64,000 bases of DNA, from the NCBI GenBank assembly GCA_963675755.2, contig CAXXMD010000002.1, positions 1,920,001-1,984,000 of the forward strand. The letters are read 5' to 3'. Made by a program: the position numbers and the translations under genes. The first letter of the stretch is position 1, and the number at the start of each line of letters is the position of its first letter. The stretch comes from a bacterium. Its GTDB lineage: Bacteria; Zhuqueibacterota; Zhuqueibacteria; Residuimicrobiales; Krinioviventaceae. The notes below the pieces were generated by a model. The model searched no databases. It was not told the origin of the DNA and saw only the letters and a program-made list of their open reading frames with translations. Positions 9,687 through 19,500 of this stretch are shown piece after piece.

Positions 9687-10682
9687 ATGCCCACCCTTTT
9701 GATACAGATTGCGCCGCAACGCAGCACCCAATATTCCGAACTGGCAAGCCAGCTTGCACCCATCGAGATCCAGCTTTCTCCCCTGGGCAAACAGATTACA
9801 TCCATTGAACCCGTTGAACTGGGGGGACAATCTTTTCACAAATGTCAGATCGACACCGAACCGGACGAAAATCTTTTACAAGAGCTGGGCAGACTGGCAA
9901 TGAGCAATGCCAGCTTTACCTATTATGATCAAATTGGTGATCAGCAGGGGCCATTTTTACGTCCCCTTGACACCCAATACCCAACTTTTTTCCCAAAAGA
10001 CCTGATCACAACCCGTCGCTACCAGGGCAAGACCAACGAGCTCTTTACCCAATTCATGTGCAACATTGCCCGATACAGCAGCGATTTCGCAAACAAACCC
10101 TGGACCGATCTGCGCTTATTTGATCCCCTTGCGGGTGGTGGTACTACACTGTTTGTAGGAATGGTTTACGGAGCCGAGACCGCCGGTGTGGAGCAAAATA
10201 AAAAAAGCGCGCAAACCACTTCGGTTTTTATAAAACAATATATGAAACAACAAAATATCCGCTGTATACTCAAAGAAGAACGCCTGAAAAAGATCAATGC
10301 CTACCGGTGGATATATTCCTTTGGCAGAGATCAGTCAATCCGGTGTTTCCTGGGTAAAGGCGAGATCGACCAATCCGTTCAACTGATATCAGGATTTAAA
10401 AAACCGCACATGATCGTTGCGGACCTTCCCTACGGTATCCAACACAAGGGCGCATTAAACGATCTGCTCTCGGAAGCCCTTCCTATATGGAACAACCTGC
10501 TGCTTCCGGGCGGAACACTGGTTTATTCCTGGGATTCAACCCGGTTTACCCGCGAAAAGATGGTCGATCTGGTTAAAAATGTATCGCCATTCCAGGTGCT
10601 GGAAGGCGGCCTCTACGATAACATGGGCCACCGCGTGGACCGTGTAATCAAAAACCGGGATGTAATTGTAGCGCGAGCTTAA
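9687..10682 (+). CDS. Class I SAM-dependent methyltransferase (Trm11/UPF0020-like)
   Basis: LFDPLAGGGT motif I and ADLPYG amino-methyltransferase motif IV. Confidence 0.75.
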   Translation: MPTLLIQIAPQRSTQYSELASQLAPIEIQLSPLGKQITSIEPVELGGQSFHKCQIDTEPDENLLQELGRLAMSNASFTYYDQIGDQQGPFLRPLDTQYPTFFPKDLITTRRYQGKTNELFTQFMCNIARYSSDFANKPWTDLRLFDPLAGGGTTLFVGMVYGAETAGVEQNKKSAQTTSVFIKQYMKQQNIRCILKEERLKKINAYRWIYSFGRDQSIRCFLGKGEIDQSVQLISGFKKPHMIVADLPYGIQHKGALNDLLSEALPIWNNLLLPGGTLVYSWDSTRFTREKMVDLVKNVSPFQVLEGGLYDNMGHRVDRVIKNRDVIVARA

Positions 10683-10851
10683 GATATCAAGCTCGTCATA
10701 ATCCTCAAAAAATTCTGTCTTCGAAACAAATTTTGATCACCTTTTGTATCCTGTCGGCAAATTAAATACTGTTGCTTTTTGTATTTTATTTTTGTTATTT
10801 TGATTATAGCCTGCATTTTTTCTATTCTTTTACAATTTCAAGGAGAGAGCC

Positions 10852-12477
10852 ATGAAGAATAAAGTTCAGATCTTTGTATTGTTTACTATTCTTACCGGAA
10901 TTCTGTTTTTATCCTGCCAACCCAAAGCACCAATAGCTGAAGGTTGGGACCTCGTCCCTCAGATTCTCGCTCGCATTATTCCCCCTCAATTTCCTGATCG
11001 TGATTTTAATATAACGGATTACGGTGCCGTTGGTGACAGCACAACGTTATGCACGGAAGCTATTCAAAAAGCGATTGATGAATGTAACAGCCAGGGTGGC
11101 GGTCGGGTTGTAGTACCAGCCGGCAAGTTTTTGACAGGTGCAATTCGCCTAAAGAGTAATGTTAATCTGTATGTGGACAAGGAAGCAACTTTATTGTTCA
11201 GCACCAAACTAAAAGATTATTTACCTCTGGTTCATTCAAGGTACGAAGGTTCTGAATTGATGAATATATCCGCTTTAATTTATGCCGATGAACAGGAAAA
11301 CATTGCCTTAACCGGTGAAGGCATTCTGGATGGTCAGGCGAGCCGGGAGACCTGGTGGGGCCTGGGTCGTCTTGGCAGACCGGTGCAGGTTCCTGGCAGA
11401 CCGGCAAGGAATTGGCCGGCTGTTGATGAAACAATACTGGAAGGTATGCCGCCCGTAAATCCTGAACGGGCCGATTTGCGTGGAATGAATGAAAAACAAA
11501 TCCCTGTTGAAGAACGGATTTTTGGTCAGGGTCACTATCTCAGGGTAAATTTTGTTCAGCCGTTTAAATGTAAAAATGTTCTGATTGAGGGAGTAACAAT
11601 CAAGCGCTCACCCATGTGGGAATTGCATCCCCTGCTTTGTACCAACGTTACGGTTAGAAATGTAAAAACCATAACACATGGACCCAACAACGACGGCTGT
11701 GATCCTGAATCCTGCAAAGATGTGCTCATCGAAGGTTGTGTCTTTGATACGGGTGATGATTGTATTGCGATCAAATCCGGAAGAAATGATGATGGCCGTC
11801 GAATTGGCGTGCCTTGCGAAAATCTGATCATTCGCAATTGTATCATGAAAGACGGACATGCAGGTGTTGCAATTGGAAGTGAAATTTCGGGCGATTGTCG
11901 TAATGTTTTCGTTGAAGACTGTATAATGGACAGCCCCAATTTGGAAAGGGCCCTCAGAATAAAATCAAACTCTTTGCGTGGTGGAATTGTTGAAAACATA
12001 TATTTCCGAAATGTCAAGGTTGGAGAGGTTGCGGATGCCGTTGTACGTGTTTATTTTTATTATATGGAAGGCGATGCCGGAACCCATAAACCCATGGTCC
12101 GCAATGTTCACGTTGAAAACGTTACCAGTGAGAAAAGCCGATATGGTTTGCTGCTCAAAGGGTATTCGTACTCGCCTGTTACGGATATATATTTAAAAGA
12201 TTGTCAATTTAACAATTGTCGAGATGACAATAATGTTTTAAATGTGGAAAACATCCATCTTGAAAATGTTACGATTAATGGAAAAATGTACAACGAAACC
12301 CTTGATCACAAAGTCCCGGAAAACGTAGAATCCGCCGCAAAGGCAGAACTGGGTGAACGTGTTATATCTGATGTAAATGAAATTGAACTGGATGGTAAAA
12401 AGATTTACGAATTTGTCACACGCCAACGGTTTGAACGCGACACCATCAAGGTTGCACTCGACGGCTCGATTTTATAA
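10852..12477 (+). CDS. Glycoside hydrolase family 28 (polygalacturonase-like) lipoprotein
   Basis: Lipobox LFLSC; GH28 motifs NNDG, DDCIAIKSG, GHAG, RIKS. Confidence 0.93.
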   Translation: MKNKVQIFVLFTILTGILFLSCQPKAPIAEGWDLVPQILARIIPPQFPDRDFNITDYGAVGDSTTLCTEAIQKAIDECNSQGGGRVVVPAGKFLTGAIRLKSNVNLYVDKEATLLFSTKLKDYLPLVHSRYEGSELMNISALIYADEQENIALTGEGILDGQASRETWWGLGRLGRPVQVPGRPARNWPAVDETILEGMPPVNPERADLRGMNEKQIPVEERIFGQGHYLRVNFVQPFKCKNVLIEGVTIKRSPMWELHPLLCTNVTVRNVKTITHGPNNDGCDPESCKDVLIEGCVFDTGDDCIAIKSGRNDDGRRIGVPCENLIIRNCIMKDGHAGVAIGSEISGDCRNVFVEDCIMDSPNLERALRIKSNSLRGGIVENIYFRNVKVGEVADAVVRVYFYYMEGDAGTHKPMVRNVHVENVTSEKSRYGLLLKGYSYSPVTDIYLKDCQFNNCRDDNNVLNVENIHLENVTINGKMYNETLDHKVPENVESAAKAELGERVISDVNEIELDGKKIYEFVTRQRFERDTIKVALDGSIL

Positions 12478-12720
12478 TAGCCTATGGCTAATAACTAATA
12501 GCTATTAGCTTACACTTGACATTAGTCGTCTAACATTTCACTGGATTATAAACAACTATAATCGAAAATCAAGAGTCAACCTCCTAAAGGCTTGGGGCCT
12601 TTGGGAGGTCTTGATAAACATTTTTTAGTCAGGGGTATCTGATTGAATTCATATTCACAAAACATATAAAATTAAAAAACGAATATTTTTAACCAATCAT
12701 AGTAATCCCATAATCCTTTT

Positions 12721-13075
12721 AATCTGGGTGTAATCCTGTTAATGTGGGTTCATCTTTTAATCTTTGCAATCTGGATTTAATTCTTTAAATCTGGATAATC
12801 CTATAATCCTTTTAATCTAGGTTCAATCCTGGTAATCTGGGTGTAATTCTGTTAATGTGGGTTCATCTTTTAATCTTTGCAATCTGGATTCAATTCTTTA
12901 AATCTGGGTAATCCTATAATCCTTTTAATCTAGGTTCAATCCTGGTAATCTGGGTGTAATCCTGTTAATGTGGGTTCATCTTTTAATCTTTGCAATCTGG
13001 ATTCAATTCTTTAAATCTGGGTAATCCTATAATCCTTTTAATCGAGGTTCAATCCTGGTAATCTGGGTTCAATCC
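12721..13075. repeat. 113-bp tandem repeat x3, built from AATC-initiated ~9-11 nt sub-repeats
   Basis: AATGTGGGTTCATCTTTTAATCTTTGC at 12741, 12854 and 12967. Confidence 0.9.
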
Positions 13076-13245
13076 TGGTAATCCGGGTCTATCTTTTTTA
13101 ATCCGGATTATGATTTTCTATTGCTTTTTTCCAAAAAAATAACTTAATTACAATTGGAAGTACAGGGGCGGGCCAAAAGAGAAACCTTTCTATTTTTTAA
13201 CCAACATTTTCTGAATCCAAAAAATAAAGTATTGGGGAAAAAACC
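13060..13245 (+). promoter_or_regulatory. Leader/promoter region of the paralog array, copy 1
   Basis: Near-identical to 27061-27242 (TTCTATTGCTTTTTTCC...TAACTTAATTACAATTGGAAGTACAGGGGCGGGCCAAAAGAGAA). The exact -35/-10 boxes are not certain. Confidence 0.65.
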
Positions 13246-16200
13246 GTGAATACAATTAAATACGTATGCCTGTACATTTTTACATTTATTTCAGTAACTC
13301 TATCTCAAGACCTTCAAGTTCAATGGGTCAAAAATTTTGATTATGCTTACAGCATTGATTTTGCACATGATGGAGGATTTATTTTTCTGGCACGTGATGA
13401 AATATTCAAGATTGATGATCAAGGCACTGTTAAAGATGTTTGGCCGCTGGATTCAGAACATGAAAACCGACATTTTTATAATCTCCAAAAGTGCAATGAA
13501 GGGTATATAACAATTGGTACTGATGTGATTGAAAGCGGATATCTAGAACGCGTATTGTTAAAAAAAATTGACAATCAGGGCCGGCTGGTATGGGAAAGAT
13601 CAGATTACTCTTTCGGTGAAGATAGTGGTATATTAGCCAAACAAACACGTGACAATGGATACATACTTTATTACACTCACTGGAATCCGGCTGACCCACC
13701 GGCAAGCGGCCCCGATGACGATTTGATAATGAAAACGAACCCAAATGGAGAAGAAGAGTGGGATTATGAAGTTAGCTCTTCTGAAGGCGGCATCAATGCA
13801 TTACATCAAACAGCAGATAATGGTTATTTAGTAGCCTTTAACCAGGTTGGCGATTATGATGGTTTGTATGGTAGATTGCTCCGGTTAACCGCTGATGGTC
13901 AGGAACTCTGGGTAACAAAATATAAAGAGTATTTACAATACGCTTTACCAGTAGATAATGGTGGTTTCCTTATATGCGGTAACAATTATTCAAAGGACAA
14001 CCCTGTACGTGACACTGCTTACTTTAAAAAGGTAGATGAAAATGGAGATGAAATCTGGAAAAAGACCTTTCAATGTAAAATGTTAAATGCCAATTTAAAC
14101 AACATAACAAAATTGGACGACAATAGCTATCTGATATATGGATATATATATGATTCTTATTCGCAAACAAAAGGTTGGTTAATCAAAACGGATAATTTAG
14201 GCAATAAAATCTGGGAAAAGACATTTACAGAAATTGATAACATAAAACAAATTTTAAAAATATCTAACAATGAATTTCTTTTATTGGGTAAAAAAGATGA
14301 CTATAAAACGTTAATAAAACTACAAGAAAACACCCAGCAAGATCCCTCAAATTTTGCATTGTTAGACCCTTCGTTTTATAAATTGGGTATTGGTAAGCAG
14401 CTTGTTCTGGATTGGACCAGTATTGCCAATGCTTCATCATACCTCGTTGAAATAGCTGAAAACATTGAAATGTCAAATCCTTTCATTTCAAAAACGATTA
14501 CAAACAGTTCTTGTATCATCGATAGTTTGTCATATTCCACACAATATTATTGGAGGGTTAAAGCCCAATTCCCGGATGGCTCCGGTAAATGGTCTGGTAT
14601 CAGCACATTTACAACAATGATCCCTCCACACATAGAGTTTACTGGAACTGATAGGAATATCCTGTCATATGTAGATGTGGGCGATCAATATTACACGGAC
14701 AGAGATTATACTATAATAGAACTGCCTGATCCATTAAAAAATTGCCTGTGGATCAAAACACAAAATAGCGACAAATATTTAACTGATGATAATTATATTC
14801 AATTCCAGTTAACCAGAGATGCAACTGTCTATATTGCCTATGATAACCGGGCCAGCTCTGTTCCCTATTGGTTATCATCAAATTTTGAACAAACCGGGTA
14901 CACCATTCAGTGCTCTGATGAAGAAAGCAATTTTAATGTATGGAAGGGCCATTTTTCTACTGGTGATGTAACATTGGGAGCAAATTCAGCAAGCGGTGCA
15001 GAAGGTGTACTAACAAATTATGTTGTATTAATAGATATACCCATCCAGATGCTCGATCCCAGGGACAACAAATCAGGGGTTGGAAATAATTTGTACTTTA
15101 GCTGGGAACCATTGGGCAATTTCGGGGCCCATGATTTGCAAATCAGCAATACGCCAAACATGTCATCGCCCTTGTATAACATTACGAATATTGGGAATTC
15201 CAGGTATCTATTTGAAGGATTAGAGTACAATAATGACTATTATTGGAGAGTCAAAGCCCACAATCGTAACGATGAGAATGCATGGTGCCAGATACAAAAA
15301 TTTCATACAATGGATTACCCTAAAGTTAGTATTCATAGTTGGGATGATTATGTATTAACCTGGATTGAAGAAAATGATCAATACTATATTGACCGAAATG
15401 ATGTGGTTCTTTCCATCCCGGATCAGTTGAAAAATTTATTATGGATTAAAACCTCAAATAATAAAGAATATAATATTTTTGAAATTTACCTGAGGAATAA
15501 AGCAACTATCTATGTTGGATTTGATTCAAGGGCCACATCCCTGCCCAATTGGGTAACAGATAATTTTAGTAATACCGGTTTGAACATAAAAGTTTCGGAT
15601 GAAGCAAATGAATTAAATATATGGTCCAGAAATGTTGAAAAGGGCTATACCTACCTCCTGGCAAATATGGCCGAAGGTGCTGAAAATATCAAAAGCCATT
15701 ATATCGTTTTAATAGATACCAACCAGGTCCCTGCACTATCCGCTCATTTTGGTTCAGATGTAACCTCAGGAGTACTCCCATTGACTGTTAATTTCGCAGA
15801 CAGTTCTAAGGGTTTTATAACATCATGGTTATGGGATTTTGGCGACGGAATAACCTCTACTGAAAAAAATCCCACCTACACCTATGAAAACGTGGGCAGC
15901 TATTCAGTCAGCCTGACTGTAAGTAATTATGACAGTTCTAATACCATAACAAAAGAAAATTATATTACAGTTAAAAACATGATTGCTAATTTCAGTGCGG
16001 ATGTAACCATGGGACAAGCACCGCTTACCGTTAGTTTTACCGACAGTTCACTGGGCGAAATTGACGCATGGTTGTGGAAATTTGGAGACGGACTCACAAG
16101 CACATCACAAAATCCTACACACGTGTACACAAATGGCGACTCGTTCACCGTATCACTTTTTGTGCGCGGACCAGGTGGATCAAATACAATGGTCAAATCG

Positions 16201-16518
16201 AATTATATAATAGTCGACCATCCAACATCTATTGACGACATGGCCGGCATACCGGATAAATTCGATTTACTACCCAATTACCCCAATCCATTCAATCCGC
16301 AAACTACAATCCGGTTTGCAGTACCGAAAAGGTCATTTGTAAAAATTACTATATTTGATATAAACGGAAAACTGGTCCAGAACTTATTTTCCGGCACCAA
16401 AAATCCGGGGAATTATGCTATAACCTGGAACGCCTCAGGCTTTCCATCCGGCATGTACTTTATCAAAATGGATACAGATAGCTTTACGTCTGTTCAAAAA
16501 TGTATATTGGTTAAATGA
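13246..16518 (+). CDS. Secreted multidomain protein, array paralog 1 (type A, 2 PKD)
   Basis: Signal peptide; WEK/DGG propeller-like blades; FN3 (YYWRV) x2; unnamed YYxDR...WIKT...(L)GAN domain x2; PKD (WDFGDG) x2; NYPNPFNP C-terminal sorting domain. Confidence 0.9.
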   Translation: MNTIKYVCLYIFTFISVTLSQDLQVQWVKNFDYAYSIDFAHDGGFIFLARDEIFKIDDQGTVKDVWPLDSEHENRHFYNLQKCNEGYITIGTDVIESGYLERVLLKKIDNQGRLVWERSDYSFGEDSGILAKQTRDNGYILYYTHWNPADPPASGPDDDLIMKTNPNGEEEWDYEVSSSEGGINALHQTADNGYLVAFNQVGDYDGLYGRLLRLTADGQELWVTKYKEYLQYALPVDNGGFLICGNNYSKDNPVRDTAYFKKVDENGDEIWKKTFQCKMLNANLNNITKLDDNSYLIYGYIYDSYSQTKGWLIKTDNLGNKIWEKTFTEIDNIKQILKISNNEFLLLGKKDDYKTLIKLQENTQQDPSNFALLDPSFYKLGIGKQLVLDWTSIANASSYLVEIAENIEMSNPFISKTITNSSCIIDSLSYSTQYYWRVKAQFPDGSGKWSGISTFTTMIPPHIEFTGTDRNILSYVDVGDQYYTDRDYTIIELPDPLKNCLWIKTQNSDKYLTDDNYIQFQLTRDATVYIAYDNRASSVPYWLSSNFEQTGYTIQCSDEESNFNVWKGHFSTGDVTLGANSASGAEGVLTNYVVLIDIPIQMLDPRDNKSGVGNNLYFSWEPLGNFGAHDLQISNTPNMSSPLYNITNIGNSRYLFEGLEYNNDYYWRVKAHNRNDENAWCQIQKFHTMDYPKVSIHSWDDYVLTWIEENDQYYIDRNDVVLSIPDQLKNLLWIKTSNNKEYNIFEIYLRNKATIYVGFDSRATSLPNWVTDNFSNTGLNIKVSDEANELNIWSRNVEKGYTYLLANMAEGAENIKSHYIVLIDTNQVPALSAHFGSDVTSGVLPLTVNFADSSKGFITSWLWDFGDGITSTEKNPTYTYENVGSYSVSLTVSNYDSSNTITKENYITVKNMIANFSADVTMGQAPLTVSFTDSSLGEIDAWLWKFGDGLTSTSQNPTHVYTNGDSFTVSLFVRGPGGSNTMVKSNYIIVDHPTSIDDMAGIPDKFDLLPNYPNPFNPQTTIRFAVPKRSFVKITIFDINGKLVQNLFSGTKNPGNYAITWNASGFPSGMYFIKMDTDSFTSVQKCILVK

Positions 16519-16533
16519 TATTAGGAAAAAATC

Positions 16534-19500
16534 GTGAATACTTTAAAAAACGTATGCCTGTTTCTTATCTTAAGCTTTTCAGTAGTATTATCTCAGGACC
16601 TCCAAATTCAATGGGCAAAAACATATGATTATGAATATGCCAATAACATTGACTTTGCACATGATGGAGGATATATTTTTACAACAGGTGATGATAATAA
16701 AGCCATTGTCAAGATTGACAAACATGGCATTGTTCAGGAAGATTGGCCGCTAGACCCTGGCCAAATCCCCGATTATCGTTATCTACAAAAGTGCAATGAA
16801 GGATATATATTAATAGGTAGTCCAAATGATGTAATGTTGAAAAAACTTGACAATCAGGGCCAGCAGGAATGGGAAAAATTCTTTTACAATAAGGATTCCA
16901 AGTCTGATGAGGCTAGCTATTCTTATTACGATTATGGCAGATTGGTAATACAAACACATGACAATGGTTACATTCTTGCGTGTAATTCAAGGGAAACTGT
17001 AAGTATTTGGGGACAATATGATATCTCCAAAGACATTTGGATAATAAAAACTGACCCAAATGGGGAAAAACAGTGGGATTGTTGGATTTGGGGTGGTTAC
17101 TTTTCCGAGGAACCTCGAGCAATACATCAAACATCTGACAATGGTTATATTGTCGCCTGTAACGACAATAAAGACGATTATGGCCATCTATATCGGTTAA
17201 CATCAGACGGCCAGATAATCTGGCAAAAAGAATATAACGAGTATATAGGATACGCGTTACCAGCAGATGATGGTGGATTCTATATATGTGGTAAAAATTA
17301 TTTAAAAAAGGTAGACAAAGATGGAGATTTAATTTGGGAAAAGACTTTACAATATGAATTGTCAGATTCTAATTTAAAAAACATGATAAAATTTGATGAC
17401 AACAGCTATCTATTATGTGGAAACGTTTTTGATTCAGATACGCAATCATGGAAGAATTTATTAATCAAAACGGATAACTTTGGCAATAAAATATGGGAAA
17501 AAACATTTACAGAAATTTCTGGTATAAGTCAAGTTTTGAAAATCACCAATAATGAATTTATTTTATTTGGTAGCAAGGGAGGCCTTGTAACAATAGTAAA
17601 AATTATTGAAAAAATCCAACAAGATCCCACAAAAATTGAATTATTAGATCCTGTAAACTATAAAATGGGAGTTGGTACACAAGTTTGTCTGGATTGGACC
17701 AGCATCTCAAATGCCTCCTCATATCTCCTTGAATTAGATGATGATAGCGACATGTCTAGCCCCATCATTTCAAAAACAATTACAAACAGTTCAAATTGTA
17801 TTATTAACGACCTTTCATACTCTACTCAATATTATTGGAGGGTCATGGCCCAATTCCCGGATGAATCTGGTAATTGGTCTGATATCAGAACTTTTATTAC
17901 AATGCTTCCTCCACACATAGAGTCTAGTGAACCGGAAGGTTACTACTTGTCATATGTGGATGTAGGAGATCAATATTATACAGACAGAGATTATACCATA
18001 ACAGAATTGCCTGATCAGTTGAACAATTGCATATGGATCAAAACCCAAAATAGTGACAAATATTTAACAGATGACAATTACATTCAATTTCAGTTAACCA
18101 GAGATGCAACTGTCTATATTGCCTACGACAACCGTGCCAGTGCTGTTCCCCAATGGTTAACATCTAATTTTGAGCAAACCCAATTCACTATAGAAAGTAC
18201 TGATGAATACTGTAATTTTAATGTCTGGAAGGGCAAATTCTCAGCAGGTGATGTAACACTGGGTGCCAATTTGGCAACCGGAGCAGAGGGTGTGCAAACA
18301 AATTATGTTGTATTCATAGATATACCAATCCAAATGCTCGACCCCAGGGAAAACAAATCAGGTGTTGGAAAAAATTTATACTTAAGCTGGGAAGCATTGG
18401 GCAATTTCGGGAAATACGATTTTCAAATCAGTGATAATCAGGACATGTCAAACCCCTTTTATAATATAACCAACATAGAGTATACCAGGTATAAAATAAG
18501 AGACTTGGAATATAATAAAGACTATTATTGGAGGGTCAAAGCACACAATCGTAACGATGAGGATGCGTGGTGCCAGACACATAAATTTCATACAATGGAT
18601 GATCACAATATTTATTTTTGGGTTAATAGTAATTATGCATTATCCTGGCTTGAAGAAAATGATCAATACTATGTTGATCGAAATGATGTGGTCCTCTCCA
18701 TCCCCGATCCGTTAAAAAATTTACTGTGGATCAAAACGAAAGATGATAATGCAGATATAGATGAGCCTATTGGACATCTCATGGAAATTGAATTTAAAAA
18801 AGAAGCAACCCTCTATGTCGGTTTCGATTCAAGGGCTGTTTCACTACCAAACTGGGTAACAAACTATTATAAAAATACCGGATTGACCATAAAAGTTTCT
18901 GACGAAGCAAATGAATTAAATATATGGTCCAGAAATGTTACAAAAGGCTGGGTCTACTTGGGATTCAATATGGCAAAAGGCGCTGAAAACATCAACAGTC
19001 ATTATGTCGTTTTAATAGACACCAACCAGGTACAACCTCTCTCTGCTCATTTCAGTTCAGATGTGACATCAGGAGTGTCCCCGTTAACCGTTAATTTCTC
19101 TGACAGTTCTCAAGGTCTGATAACATCTTGGGCATGGAATTTTGGCGACGGAAAAACCTCAACAGAAAAAAATCCCTCCCACACCTATGGAAACGCGGAA
19201 AGTTACACCGTTAGCTTGACCGTGAGTGGTATGGGCGGTTCTGATACCATAGAAAAAGAAAATTACATAACCGTATATGAAACAACACCACTTGCTAAAT
19301 TCGGTTCAGACAAAATATCAGGAGAACTACCATTGACCGTCAATTTTTCTGACAGTTCTCATGGGATAATAGAATCCTGGGTATGGAATTTTGGTGATGA
19401 GTCAACATCTACAGAACAGAATCCTTCACACACCTATGAAAACGCGGGACGGTATACAGTCAGCTTGACAGTAAGTGGGCCATACGGTTCTGATACCTTA

